Shown one piece after another: positions 1 to 11,619 of a stretch of 64,000 nucleotides of DNA. The DNA comes from Octopus sinensis (taxonomy: Eukaryota): contig NC_042997.1 of the NCBI RefSeq assembly GCF_006345805.1, positions 177,816,001 to 177,880,000 of the forward strand, written 5' to 3'. The position numbers were made by a program, and so were the translations under genes. Each line of letters starts with the position of its first letter. Positions within the stretch are counted from its first letter, which is position 1. The notes below the pieces were generated by a model. That model ran no database searches and was not told where the DNA came from. It saw nothing but the letters and a program-made list of their open reading frames with translations.

Positions 1-243
1 TGTGTAGTGGCTAATGATCTATCATGGCATATATACATAAATTGATATAAACAGCTAGACACAATATGATACCATACAGGAAAAATTCAATCATCACTAA
101 GTGTGACTAAGAATACTGAAGCATCTACACTGCTAGAAATAAGAATTAAAATACTCTTAATACTGTAAGAGGAGAGCAAACATATACGCACATGCTGACA
201 GGGGAGGAAACCACCCCATGACCATCTAGCAGTGCCATATTCT

Positions 244-459
244 CACTTTTAAGTTTAACTCTGAAGATTTTCTATAGAATTCAGAGCCAACATTGCAAGT
301 TACGATTTTTCATACACAAATACATCTACGTAAACAATGTGATCAAAGACAGATTTTTAATCGCATTGTTTATACAGACATATTTGTATATAAAATGCCA
401 TAACTTGCAGTACTGGCTCTGAATTCTATAGAAAATCTTCAGAGATAAATTTAAAAGTG
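244..459. mobile_element. Foldback/MITE-like long inverted repeat
   Basis: Arms of ~100 bp including a perfect 31-bp inverted repeat ctctgaagattttctatagaattcagagcca / tggctctgaattctatagaaaatcttcagag; short spacer. Confidence 0.8.
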
Positions 460-494
460 GTGTGTGTGTGTCTCTCTCTCTTTCTCTCTCTCAT

Positions 495-740
495 GACCAA
501 GCAGGCTATTGGATATCATTATACACTGCTAGTAGCAATGTGCTTCCTTGGATTGTTGTAGCTTTTGAATGACGTCACTCTGCTGGCGAGGTGAGCAGGC
601 TAGCATTCATCCTCAATAGAAGCCCAGTCTGTTGCAGGGTTCCCATTTACAGCTGAGTGGACTGCAGTAATGTGAAATGAAGGATTTTGCTCAAAAACAC
701 AATGCACTGCCTGTCTGGAAATAAAAACACCCTAACCATT
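495..740 (-). mobile_element. SINE family E fragment (CORE-like centre)
   Basis: Minus strand reads ...ttttgagcaaaatccttcatttcacattactgcagtccactcagctgtaaatggg; related to copies at 30088, 40945 and 53975. Confidence 0.55.
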
Positions 741-753
741 AGGCTATGCATCT

Positions 754-1008
754 ACACACACACACACACATACATGCACGCACACACACGCACATACACA
801 CGCACATACATGCATGCACACATACATACATACATACATGCATGCATGCACACATACATACATGCATGCATGCACACATACATACATGCATGCATGCACA
901 CATACATACATGTATGCACACATACATACATACATACATGCATGCACACATACATACATGCATGCACGCACGCTTGCACACACACACATACATACATACA
1001 TACATACA
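754..1008. repeat. Compound (CA)/(CATA)/(CATG) microsatellite
   Basis: Directly visible; explains the HTHTYM/CVCMY ORFs. Confidence 0.95.
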
Positions 1009-1283
1009 GGGAGAAAGAGAGAGAGAGAGAAATGCTGATACATGTGATCTCATAAGTCCTTAAATCCTAGTACTTGGATATGATGCTGAACGGTAACATT
1101 CCCAGATGATTTGGAAACTGCTTCTGACAGCTTGGTGAACTGAAACCAGTAGACTTAAGCCAAAATTTAATTTTACCGCCAGGATCATACATACAAACAC
1201 ACAAATATACCATATGTAAATTGTTACATATTAAAATTCGTAGACACCTACACCTGAAAGCAACAACAGAAAGTAGAACCTAC

Positions 1284-1445
1284 CTTCAGCTCTTGGTAGT
1301 GCATGCGCAACTGAATTAGTTTCTGTACTAGTTTCTGTTGACGGCTAGCACTCAATGGATCTGAGGGATCACACTGTCGGATCAACTCTTTACAGTTTTC
1401 AATGGCCATATTTAATTCCTCTTCACTGGTTTGTCCGAAATGTCC
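1284..1445 (-). CDS. DEF8: DEF8 coding exon GHFGQTSEEELNMAIENCKELI...LVQKLIQLRMHYQELK
   Basis: Acceptor tatatgcag|, donor AAG|gtaggt, 162 nt, phase 0-0; aligns by eye to human DEF8 LRQAIEECKQVI...VVRLIHLRLKLQELK. The downstream C1 and Rubicon-homology exons would lie outside the window. Confidence 0.88.
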
Positions 1446-2231
1446 CTGCATATAATTAACAACAACAATATCAGTAGTTTATAATTTCCATCTTTTCCAA
1501 TGAGTAAGATGTTGAAAAAATATTTCAGGGAATATTTTTTTTTTTTTTGTTTTTTCTTTTGTATGCCTGTCCTTTGAATATCTAAAAGAATCTTTAAAAA
1601 AAAAATTGACTGAAGGCACATCATAATTCAGGTTTAAATGAAGATCCAAATTAAGTTATTCCAAAAGGAACACCAATGACTTATTATTAGCATCAGTATG
1701 ATGATGATGATGACAACAATTATGAAGTGCTGCTGATTGCCTAATTGAAGACCATACAGCACATTCTAATAGACATTGGATTAACTTTATATGATACAAC
1801 ATGACAGTTTGGACGTGTTCCCTTTTCAGTATGTTTCTGTTGTTGTTGTTGTTAAGCAACAAGATGGGTAAGGGTGATTAGGTGATGGTCTAGGGCTTAT
1901 GGGTGGGAGACCCCAGACCTTGGAAAAAAAAAACTTTGGTCGTCTTGTTGTAGTCGAGGGCTCTTCGTTGACGCCCGACACCACTGGGAGGTGGCCCTTG
2001 AAGTCGCTGGAAATGGAGATCTCCAGGTCCAAATTCTTGAACGGCATATGTTTCAGTAGATTCAGGTGGTATCTACAGAGGAAACAAAGTAGACGTGGCC
2101 TGAACATAGCAGTTCATACTTGCCTGCACTTATCACTGCTGCTGTGCATCCCAGCACAGTGTTTAGACCTAATAATACTATTGATGCTGGTGCTATTTTT
2201 ATATGTTTTTTATTTTTTATATATATTTGTG

Positions 2232-2665
2232 TGAGGATCTTTTCGGTTTGAACGACAGTTTTTAACATAATTTTTAGGTAACTAAAAAAATTTTAAACTT
2301 CGTATACTGGTAGAATGTGTTTATAAAACATCTTTTTCTCTTGGCTTTATTGAGAAAATTCTATAGTTTGTAAGATATTTGGTCTTTAATTTCTTGCATT
2401 TCGGCAATTTCAACCAATCAATGACTGTCTATTGAGGTGAAAACATTCTGTGCCGTATGAATATGTCCCTCATTTAAGAAACAGATTGGGTTTATTTACA
2501 TTTGTGAAGAAAAAAAAGATACCCTTCCTCCCACCCCTAACCCTAACTAACCCTAACCTAAAACAGATTGAAATGCAATAGATCGATACTAGGGTCATAA
2601 TTATGGGTGACAATTTCATATGACACCGCTAGAAAAAACTGCCGTTCAAACTGAAAAGATCCTTG
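2232..2665. mobile_element. MITE with ~30-bp TIRs and internal (CCCTAA)n
   Basis: Left aggatcttttcggtttgaacgacagtttt versus reverse complement of right aggatcttttcagtttgaacggcagtttt; CCCTAA repeats at ~2534-2560. Confidence 0.8.
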
Positions 2666-2669
2666 TTTG

Positions 2670-2945
2670 AACCAGTCAGAAGATAAAGTGTTCCCAAAGT
2701 GCTGTACTGATGTTCTAGAGTACTGTAGTTACATCTAGGGAGGAAGGGATATGCATGCATATAGTGGCAGGGTTTACAAGTGTTGGAAGTTATTGCCAAA
2801 ACGAACTTTGTTCCCTGCATGTCTAGATAGTCTTTCACTTTTTTGTATATTTGCATATGTAATCTGAGTGTGAACTGTTTGGAGCCTCTGATAACGTAGA
2901 GTGCACCATTTTGTGTTCTTTGTAATTTACTATGATTTATTAAGA
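2670..2945 (-). mobile_element. Decayed non-LTR retrotransposon fragment C-terminal to RT (I/Jockey-group-like)
   Basis: NHSKLQRTQNGALYVIRG...VKDYLDMQGTKF...PCH resembles the KLQ.IQN.ALR...HL.M..QF...HP.H segment of such LINEs. Confidence 0.5.
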
Positions 2946-3245
2946 AGATATTGAAGGTTGGGGAGGACTGACACAATCTAGAATGATTCAAATGCACCAT
3001 TTGCATTGGAAATTAGAGGCCTAGTAGGACTGAAATAATCCATAAAGGATCAAAAGCACTTTTTGTATTGGAGATTGGATGTCAAGTAGGACTGACACAG
3101 TCCATAATGGATCAGATCAATACTCTGTTTATATTGGAGACTGGATGCCTAAAAGAACTGACAAAATCTATAATGAACTGAATGCATTGATTATATTGGA
3201 GATTAGGTGAGACTGAGAAAATCCATAATGAATCAGATGTAATGA
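2945..3245. repeat. Degenerate ~60-bp minisatellite, ~5 units
   Basis: Recurring tattggaga...aggactga.a.a.tccataatg.atca unit. Confidence 0.7.
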
Positions 3246-3246
3246 T

Positions 3247-3612
3247 TCTTGTATTCATTTCAGTCATTTGACTGTGGCCATGCTGGAACACTGCCTTTAG
3301 ACGAGCAAATTTACCCCAGGACTTATTCTTTGTAAGCCTAGTACTTATTCTGTTGGTTTCTTTTGCCAAACTGTTATGGGGACATAAACACGCCAGCATC
3401 GGTTGTCAAGCAATGTTGGGGGGACAAACACACACACACATATATATATATACGAGGGGCTTCTTTCAGTTTCTGTCAACCAAATCCACTCACAAGGCTT
3501 TGGTCGGCCCAAGGCTATAGTAGAAGACACTTGCCCAAGGTGCCATGCAGTGGGACTGAACCCGGAACCATGTGGTTCGTAAGCAAGCTACTTACCACAC
3601 AGCCGCTCCTAC
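3247..3612 (-). mobile_element. SINE family B, near full length
   Basis: tRNA-like head (ggag.ggctgtgtggtaag...ggttcagtccc), caccttgggcaagtgtcttc core, internal (TA/CA)n, tail ...cagtcaaatgactgaaa. Confidence 0.9.
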
Positions 3613-4041
3613 GCCTGATTGTGCATGAATGTTTGTTTGTTTGTAGGCCAAACATGACGCCTGTGTGTGCTCTGTATGGTTATGTACTATTTTGCTTGAT
3701 TTGCTAGATCTTTTACACTGTGTGTGTTGTAGAATTGTTATTTATGATTTCTAGTATTTTTGCCTTTTGTGTATGCTATGCAATATTTTTATGTTGTTGA
3801 GTGTGAGATGATTGCAGAGGAGAGAGAGCTTTTGAGATGTATGAAGGTGCTATAGGTATAATTTAAAAAGACTGAATGAAAGGGCAGATATCTGTAGAAA
3901 TCCATCTCAGAAATTGTAGATTATAGATGTGCTGTTGTATAGTTGATAGATTTGGTTACCTAAGTGATAGTTTGCTAGTCTCATGGTAGTGATAATAACA
4001 ATAGTCAAAGTAGTATATACGGTGGTGATGATAATAGTTAT

Positions 4042-4394
4042 GAGCGTGGCCGTTCGCCAGCCTCGTCTGGCACCTGTGTCGGTGGCACATAAGAAAACAC
4101 CATCCGAGTGTAGCCGTCTGCCAGCCTCGTCTGGCACCTGTATCGGTGGCACATAAAAAACACCATCCGAGCGTGGCCGTCTGCCAGCCTCGTCTGGCAC
4201 CTGTGTTGGTGGCACATAAAATCACCCACTACACTCTCGGAGTGGTTGGCGTTAGGAAGGGCATCCAGCTGTAGAAACACTGCCAGATCTGACTGGCCTG
4301 GTGCAGCCTTCGGGCTTGCCAGACCCCAGTTGAACCGTCCGACCCATGCTAGCATGGAAAGCGGACGTTAAACGATGATGATGATGATGATGAT
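4042..4394 (+). mobile_element. SINE family A with three ~58-bp internal repeats and (GAT)n tail
   Basis: ...ggaagggcatccagctgtagaaac...catggaaagcggacgttaaacgatgatg, shared with more than 12 copies in the window. Confidence 0.9.
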
Positions 4395-4646
4395 GGTGGT
4401 AGTGATGGCAATGATAGTGATGATTTTGAAATGATAGTGGTGGTGATGATTGTTAAGTTGACCAATCAAATAACAAGAACAATGGCAAACATGTCAACGA
4501 TGAAGACGAGGAATATGACTTTTAGAAATCATGAAACATTCTTTTCTTTAAAATATGATGATGATTAATTAAAAAAGTATTCTATAGAAGTACACAATAT
4601 CAATGGGAACAGATTTTTTTACAAAGAAATAGCTGAAATAATTTAC

Positions 4647-4730
4647 CTCTGGATGTGAAAAATGATCTTCTGCCAATCCAAGTTCAGCAAAAGAAACTTC
4701 TAGATTGTCTCTGGAAGGTATCGCAACATC
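4647..4730 (-). CDS. DEF8: DEF8 coding exon DVAIPSRDNLEVSFAELGLAEDHFSHPE (below the ORF-track cutoff)
   Basis: Acceptor catttattcag|, donor GAG|gtaaat, 84 nt, phase 0-0; LGLAEDHFS matches human DEF8 LGLSEDHFS. Confidence 0.85.
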
Positions 4731-4819
4731 CTGAATAAATGACCACGCATGACTGTCGGAAGAACCTAACCAAAAAATTTACACAAATATATAACTATCA
4801 CTGCATGAACAAAATCACA

Positions 4820-4999
4820 TATTTTGTTTACACATGTGTTTATACATATGTAAGCATACACAGATATATAAACACACACACACATATATACATATACACA
4901 CACACATACATACATATACACACACACATACATACATATACACACACACATACATACACACACATGCATACATACACACATGCATACATAAATATGTAA

Positions 5000-5036
<37 letters not shown>

Positions 5037-5045
5037 TATATGCAC
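4820..5045. repeat. Compound (CA)/(TA)/(CATA) microsatellite
   Basis: Directly visible. Confidence 0.95.
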
Positions 5046-5074
5046 ATGTAGATATTGGTTTCCAAATTTTGGCA

Positions 5075-5275
5075 CAAGGTCAGCAATTTCGTGGGAGAGG
5101 GTAAGTCAATCACACCAACAACAATGTTCAACAAGTACTTACTTTATCAACTCCAAAAGGGATGAAAGGCAAAGTCAACCTTGGCAGAATTTGAACTCAG
5201 AATGTGAAGACAAACGTAATGCCAATAAGCATTTTGCCTGGGGTGCTAATGATTCTGCCAGCTCACCACCTTACA
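5075..5275 (-). mobile_element. SINE family C, old copy
   Basis: aaaggatgaaaggcaaagtcaacc...gaatttgaactcag core. Confidence 0.75.
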
Positions 5276-5329
5276 CACTCGCATACACAAGAAGGAGCTG
5301 AAAAGCTCCCAGCTTTAGGTAAAAAAAAA

Positions 5330-5506
5330 TGCAGGAGGATCAGTTAATTATAATTTTACTCAACATATTCCCCTCTCAGATTCAAACACTTATTGCAGTG
5401 GTCCTTCAGCTTTTCTAAGCCCTATAAAAGAACTCAGAAGGTTGGGCCTCCAACCAGGCCTTTTGCAATGCCCTTTAAGTTAGGAACTTTTCAGCACCCC
5501 GTCATA
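5330..5506. mobile_element. Mariner-derived MITE end (second copy at ~7020-7112)
   Basis: Shared ...cctccaaccagg...aggaacttttcagcac.cc.tcaTA terminus. Confidence 0.6.
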
Positions 5507-5555
5507 CAGGTCACTAATTGACAACAGTTTTGTTAGTTATTCATATTCACCTTAC

Positions 5556-5560
5556 CATAG
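5556..5560 (-). CDS. DEF8: Candidate 5-nt DEF8 microexon CTATG
   Basis: gcttgtatcttctag|CTATG|gtaagg; converts phase 1 to phase 0 (adds T-M). Confidence 0.25.
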
Positions 5561-5600
5561 CTAGAAGATACAAGCATTAAATAGAATATTACATTACAGG

Positions 5601-5745
5601 TGCAGGCATGGCTGTGTGGTAAGTTTGTTTTCCAAACATATGTTCCAAGTTCATTCTCACAGCATGGCACCTTGGACAGGTGTCTTCTACTATAATCTTG
5701 GGCCAACCAAAGCCTTGTGAGTGGAAAGTAAAAAAACCCATCGTG
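5601..5745 (+). mobile_element. SINE family B head fragment
   Basis: ggctgtgtggtaag...gtgtcttctactata...gccttgtgagtgg. Confidence 0.75.
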
Positions 5746-5755
5746 TGTGTTTGTT

Positions 5756-6960
5756 AGGTTGTCTGGAAAATTTCTGAGTGATTTTTGATATACAAAAAAG
5801 GAATATAAATAATTGATCTTTCAATAAATTTTATTCACGGAAATAATTTCCATTATTATTAATGATCTTTGCCCATCTATCAGGCTATTTAAATATTCCA
5901 TCAGCATAAAATTTGACTAGTTTTGAAGGAAAAATGTTATCTAGATGCATTTTGACCCCATCTAAATTGTTAAATGTTTTTCCTTGCAACGAGTTCTGTA
6001 GAGACAAAAACAAGTGGTAGTCAGATGGCGCAATATCAGGAGAATATGGTGAATGAGGTCCAGCCAAATACACGTAACTTTGTTCAGGTAGCCAAAGGCA
6101 CATGTAGTCAAGCATTGTCTTGTTGGAAAACTACTCCTTTCCTGTTGGCAATCTCCAGCCTCAATTCTTTGATTCTTTTGTTCAAATTAGCCAGCTAATG
6201 ACAGTACACATCAGAGTTAATGGCCTGGTTTTGTGGGAGAAGCTCATAATAAATGAAGCCTTTATGATCCTACCAAACACAAAGCATAGCTTTTTTGGCA
6301 TGATTATTCATCTTTGCTGTTTTGGGTGATCCTTACACAAACTCCAGGATCTTTTTCACACTATGTTTTCATACACAATCCATTTTTCATCTCCAGTTAC
6401 AATTTATTTCAGAAAAGGCATGATTTCATTCCATTTCAAAAACATATCACAAATGGAATACCAGTTCAAGCAATTCTTTTCTGAAAGTTTGTGAGGGACC
6501 CATACATTATAGCGAGAAATGTATTCTAGCTTCACTAGGTGTTCATGAGTCATACTTTTAGAAACTTCCAACTCCTCTGCAAATTCTCTTGTTGTGATAT
6601 TTGATTTTCTTAGATTTTTGCCCTCAAAACATTTTCATCCATTTTTGAAGGTCTTCCACTGCAACTGTCATCTTCCAAACTGAACGCTCCAGCCTTAAAT
6701 GTTGCAAACCACCTTCAAACAGTTAATTCACCTACAGCATCACCTACAGCATAAACTTCACAAATGTTTTTGCAAGTCTTTGCAGCATTTTCTGCTTTTT
6801 TAAAAAAGAAAAGCATTACAATGCAAATATGAAATTTTTGTTTATCCATTTCAAATGTTAATAAAGGGCAACTGGAAGGAAAAATAAATCTGTTTATAGT
6901 CAAGAACAAAGAAGAGATGCACTACCACTTCAAGCAAGGCCAAAATTTTAACTGTTACAT
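5756..6960 (-). mobile_element. Decayed mariner transposon (near full length, frameshifted)
   Basis: N-terminus MLFFFKKAENAAKTCKNICEVY; C-terminus HSPYSPDIAPSDYHLFLSLQNSL (mariner YSPDLAP motif); TAggttgtc end at 5756. Confidence 0.85.
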
Positions 6961-7129
6961 TTCAGGTGTGTTCAACAATGTATTAAAAGTTTTAGCTTAA
7001 CAACTGTGTGTGTGTGTATTAAAGAACTGAAAAACACTTGGAAGGTTGAGCCTCCAACCAGGTCTTTCACAATACCCTTAAAGCCAGGAACTTTTCAGCA
7101 CTCCCTCATATATTGCAATTTATTGACCA

Positions 7130-7313
7130 GACTATCAGACATCCTTATATACAGCAGGTCACAAAACACTTCCATTCTTCTCGTGAATGTATTCTTTTCC
7201 AATCATCTTAGACGTCTTCTGAGCAGTCTCTTCAATTCCCTTGGATACCACTGAATAACTGCACGGATCCACCTGTTGTGTGTAAACCTTGCAATATACC
7301 TAACTTTGTTTGT

Positions 7314-7316
<3 letters not shown>
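7130..7316 (-). mobile_element. RTE LINE 3' fragment
   Basis: YIARFTHNRWIRAVIQWYPRELKR resembles the RTE C-terminal H.AR..DNRW...V..WYPR..KR motif. Confidence 0.65.
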
Positions 7317-7357
<41 letters not shown>

Positions 7358-7410
7358 TATATACATACATATATATACATATATATATATACATATATAT
7401 ACATATATGC
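7317..7410. repeat. (TA)n microsatellite (another at 7753-7795)
   Basis: Directly visible. Confidence 0.95.
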
Positions 7411-7750
7411 ACACATAGATAGATAGATTACAAATAGATATTAGATAGCAATTTACATACATATTTACAGTTACATACACAGAGAGAGAGAGAGAGGGAG
7501 AGAGAGGCACACACACATACACAGATGCAGAAAGAGACAGATACACATACACACATTTATATAAAAGTACGTGTGTGTGTGTTGTTGTTGTTCTTGTATA
7601 TATAAGCACTATAACCAGAGTAAAATAAGACCTTTGAAACTGCCCAAGTGATATAGTTTAAACACAATAGAAGTTAAGAGTAGAAACAGATGTTTCTTCC
7701 CAGTTTGTGACATTCATAAATTTATCACAACAAACTTCCTATCTCACTCA

Positions 7751-7797
<47 letters not shown>

Positions 7798-8202
7798 CCT
7801 TTATTACAGAGAAATAAGGTGTCTTTTTTTCCTATTGTTGTTTTGCCTTGTTTTCATAGGTTGACACACACACTCTTCAGCAACAGGAAATGAGTTAACT
7901 GTTAAATTCAACAACAAAACATTGATATCCAATCTCACACACACAAGCACATTCACTTAAGAAACCCATTGATAAATATGTCAAATATTGACCCCAATTG
8001 AATTGATTGCTAGTACATTACTGGTGCTAGTCATTAACAACCCCTTACAACTCCCGCCCAAAGTATAAGCTGTGAAATCATTAGCACACATTCACTAAAT
8101 ATTGCAACGAACATTTCTGTTTATGGAATAAAAAAGAAGTCCTAAGTCCATACACTGTATTGGTTATCATATAAGACATATGATGCACCCCTATTTCACA
8201 AG

Positions 8203-9086
8203 TATGAGGGGGTACCCCAAAAGTAACTGGATGTTGTCTGTGGGACAAGTCCCTCGTAGTTCAGACTTCCAGCACTAGAAGCCACTTGATGCAACTTTCA
8301 GGCAACAGCCTGCTGACTGGCAGCGTCTAATGCCATGTGATGTATCTTTGCTTTGTAGAGCTGCTCCCGTTTGTCGATGTTTGTGATGGCTGAAATGAAA
8401 GAACAGCATGCTTCCAAGAAATTCCGTTTTCTGCTGGAAAAAATGGCAGCTAAAACAGCTGTCATGTTCCAAACAGCTTACAAGGATGCTGCCATGAGCA
8501 AAACACAAGTTTACAAGTGGTTTCCACGCTTTATGAATAGTCTCTTGTCGCTTGAGGATCAACCTCATTCAGGGCGACTGTCGACCTCCCAAAGAGATGA
8601 AAATTCATGAACTGATCTTGGAGGATCATCACTGAACAACTGACAAACTTGTTGGTATGACTGGTGTGTCTTGAAGTTCCTGCCAATGAATTTTGAGTAA
8701 GGAATTGTGAATGAAAGAGCTGCAGCAAAATTTGTGCCTTGCTTGCTCACAGAAGATCAAAAGCAGTCATGAACGAATGTGTGTTGTGAACTGAAAGAAC
8801 AGTTGGAAGTTGATCCAGGCCTTTTTTTGAAGGTCATCACAGGTGACAACAGCTGGTGCTACAAAATTTGCAGATGTGAAAAAGGTGAAGATAAAAAACA
8901 ATGGAGGCATTAAAAGGAATCACTTCGCAAGAGTTCCAGCACCACTTCAAATAGTGGAAAATACACCTGTACCAATGCATTGCTTCAAATGGAGAATATT
9001 TTGAAGGCGATGAAAGAGTAAACATGTAAAACTAAGTGAATAAAATAATATTGCGAAATTCCAGTTTCTTTGGGGTACCCCTCATA
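8203..9086 (+). mobile_element. Internally deleted mariner with both TIRs and TA target duplication
   Basis: TA|tgagggggtaccccaaaagtaactgga ... tccagtttctttggggtacccctca|TA; HTH AYKDAAMSKTQVYKWF...EDQPHSGR, then VITGD, then a jump to the C-terminal NGEYFEGD segment; catalytic core deleted. Confidence 0.9.
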
Positions 9087-9307
9087 TATTTTGTAGTCAT
9101 CCACTTCTAAATATTTAACAGGCAGATGAAAGTTTAACATTCCTTTCAGCTTTCTAGGAGAATTTTCATCAATACAATTTTCAAAATGTTTCTCGAAGGT
9201 AACACAGTTATTAAATAAAGTAAGATACATTTTGAGTGTGGGTTATATAGACTGAAGCAGAAAATATGATGAGATGATATGAACTCCCCACATAACAGCC
9301 AACATAC

Positions 9308-9333
9308 CTTATGCAAATTTTCATAATTTTCTG
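9308..9333 (-). CDS. DEF8: Candidate 26-nt DEF8 microexon (T)ENYENLHK
   Basis: Donor AAG|gtatgt; NAGNAG acceptor ctgttag|cag|. Both the 26-nt and 23-nt versions convert phase 1 to phase 0 without a stop. Confidence 0.4.
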
Positions 9334-10006
9334 CTAACAGACTAAGATAATTTGGTTTGTTTTCAATATTTATTATATGCGGGACCCATGAATACTTCAC
9401 AGATTTAATGGTAAACTTATTGGGTTATTTCTCAAAATTATATCCAAAAAATCTGTAAGTGTAGTCTGTGTTGTGTCTGTATCCAAAGATAGTTGCTCAT
9501 CTGCTATTCATTGAAATGGGATGGAAATTGGAATACAATGATTACTTAATGCACTTTACATATACACTTTATATACTCTGTGCACAATTTTATAGACTTA
9601 ATACACAGCACTCTCCCTCTTTCTCTCTCATTCTTTGCCCTTTTTCTTCGCTCTTCACCTCTCCCTTCAACTAATCACATGAATGCATAACAGATGGGAT
9701 AAGTAACAGAGGAGAAAAACTTAGTAAAAAAAACAATTACGCATTTCACTCACCACCACCTCTCCCCCTCCCTCCCTTCAACTAATCATGTTGAAGCCTT
9801 ACAGACAGGCTAAGTAACAGAGAAACAAGCAGAATTATTATAAGATTAGTAACAAATACTTTTGCCTAGTCTCCTTTGCCTAGAACACTCAGTATCCCAT
9901 TCATAATAAGGCTACATTGGACCCAGTGTAATTTTCTGATATCTTTAAAATAAAGAAAAAAAAACAGTAGGTTTTATACAGCAGAGCATAATATTGCTAT
10001 GCTGTG

Positions 10007-10059
<53 letters not shown>

Positions 10060-10314
10060 AGATAGGGGTTGAAAATTCAACCCATTTCCTTGTCTAATTA
10101 TATTTACAATATATTTTGTATAATGCCTTTACTGTTATGTAATGGTGTAATAAAGTATTGATTGGGTATCATCTGATGGTTGATGTTTGATTGATTTAAG
10201 TATGTTTTCTCCATTTTCTAATTTTGTAATATATATATATATATAAGGTGGGGGAAGACCTCATGATATTTATGTTTTAAACTTTATTTTAGACATGTTG
10301 GAGACCAATCTTCT

Positions 10315-10500
10315 CCCAAGTTTCTTCCAGAAAGAGAAGAATCAACCCCTGTACAAAGTTGATACCCCCATCCCCTGCTCCAAAATGATGAAAAGCAAAG
10401 TTGACTGTAATAGGACTTGAACTCAAAAGTACAGAAACCCAAAATGATTAACACAAAGCAAACTAGCTGACACTCTAACAAGCCTGCCAAAGGCCACCTA
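10315..10500 (-). mobile_element. SINE family C, old copy
   Basis: atgaaaagcaaagttgac...acttgaactcaaa core. Confidence 0.6.
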
Positions 10501-10526
10501 AATTATGTAATATGGTATTTTCTATA

Positions 10527-11105
10527 TACAGGATGCAATGGGTAAATTGTTGCCATTTTATATTTTTAGTTTCACACATGTACATTGTTTGTTTTTGATT
10601 TTGTTGACAATACAGTATAGTAGGGTCAGTTGGACACCGTCTGTAAGAAAAACAGCACCATGATGCAATTCACTCTGCCAGAAATTTGGAAACAACATGC
10701 TATACTGCTTGGCATTCACACCAGAAGCTCCAATATGAACATTTCAGAATGTTTGGGTGTCAATCTGAAAACAGGGCAGAGGATTCAGAAAGAGTTGGAT
10801 GAGTCTAATGGTGATTACGAAGGTACAGCAGCTCGGAAAATTCAGTCTGATCATTCTGATAAGAAAAGAACTCCTGGATTTGTTGATGAGATCCAGGCTA
10901 TGATTGACAATGATCCCTCCAAGTCAATCAGGTCCATCACCAAGGACATGGGAGTGTCTGAGTCTCTTATCAGACAGGTAGTGCATGAAAACATTTGGTA
11001 TTTCTCATACAAGATGAGAAAGGGCCAATTTTTATCTCGAGCTATCAAGGAGAGAGGAAAGACCAATCTACAAAGCTTTTGAACAAACTCAAGCATCCCT
11101 CCACA
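10527..11105 (+). mobile_element. Tc1/mariner-superfamily (maT/DD37D-like) transposase 5' fragment
   Basis: TAcaggatgcaatgggtaaattg end; HTH region KRTPGFVDEIQAMIDNDPSKSIRSITKDMGVSESLIRQVVHE...YKMRKGQFLS; truncated before the catalytic domain. Confidence 0.75.
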
Positions 11106-11514
11106 TAATACTATAAATAATACCATGTGAATATTGGGGTGAAAACTCCTTTTGGATAGAAAAAAAAAATCAAAGGCTGGATGTGGGACACTATCCCACA
11201 TTTCTTGTAGACAAGACAGCCATTCTAATATATACATATATTTAAGAATTCTTCCTGTTTTCTCTTGACTGCTAAACTACCAATGCCCTATGAAGAGGAA
11301 AAAAAAATGTTCTATGAATTCCTTCCAGACTGTAATTACTGCTATTTGCTATAAAATATCTCTCTTCATAAAATACTTAAATCAATAACAAGTCATGAGA
11401 TTTATTATGCTGAAGATTTCTAAAAAGAAGTCAATGGCTCTACATATGATTAACACCAACTAGAAATTTTAAGAATTTCATAATGATGATTAAAAAAAAA
11501 AACATTATATATGT

Positions 11515-11619
11515 GAATTCGGCACTACCACAGAATTAGCTGTCAGGATGAAAGTAAAAAGAGTCCACCTTCGTTTGTTTCACTTCTGACAGCTAATACC
11601 ATGACAGTGCCGTGAATTC
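11515..11619. repeat. Small imperfect hairpin/MITE
   Basis: gaattcggcact...attagctgtcag / ctgacagctaat...agtgccgtgaattc inverted arms. Confidence 0.7.

Noticed and set aside
687-1063. Overlapping ORFs rich in HT/YI/CV/YLSI (also 4739-5301, 7203-7609, 25328-25790, 55541-55877)
   Set aside because: They are translations of microsatellites, which lack stop codons in several frames.
2534-2560. Telomere or chromosome-fusion scar
   Set aside because: Only about four units, contained within a TIR element.
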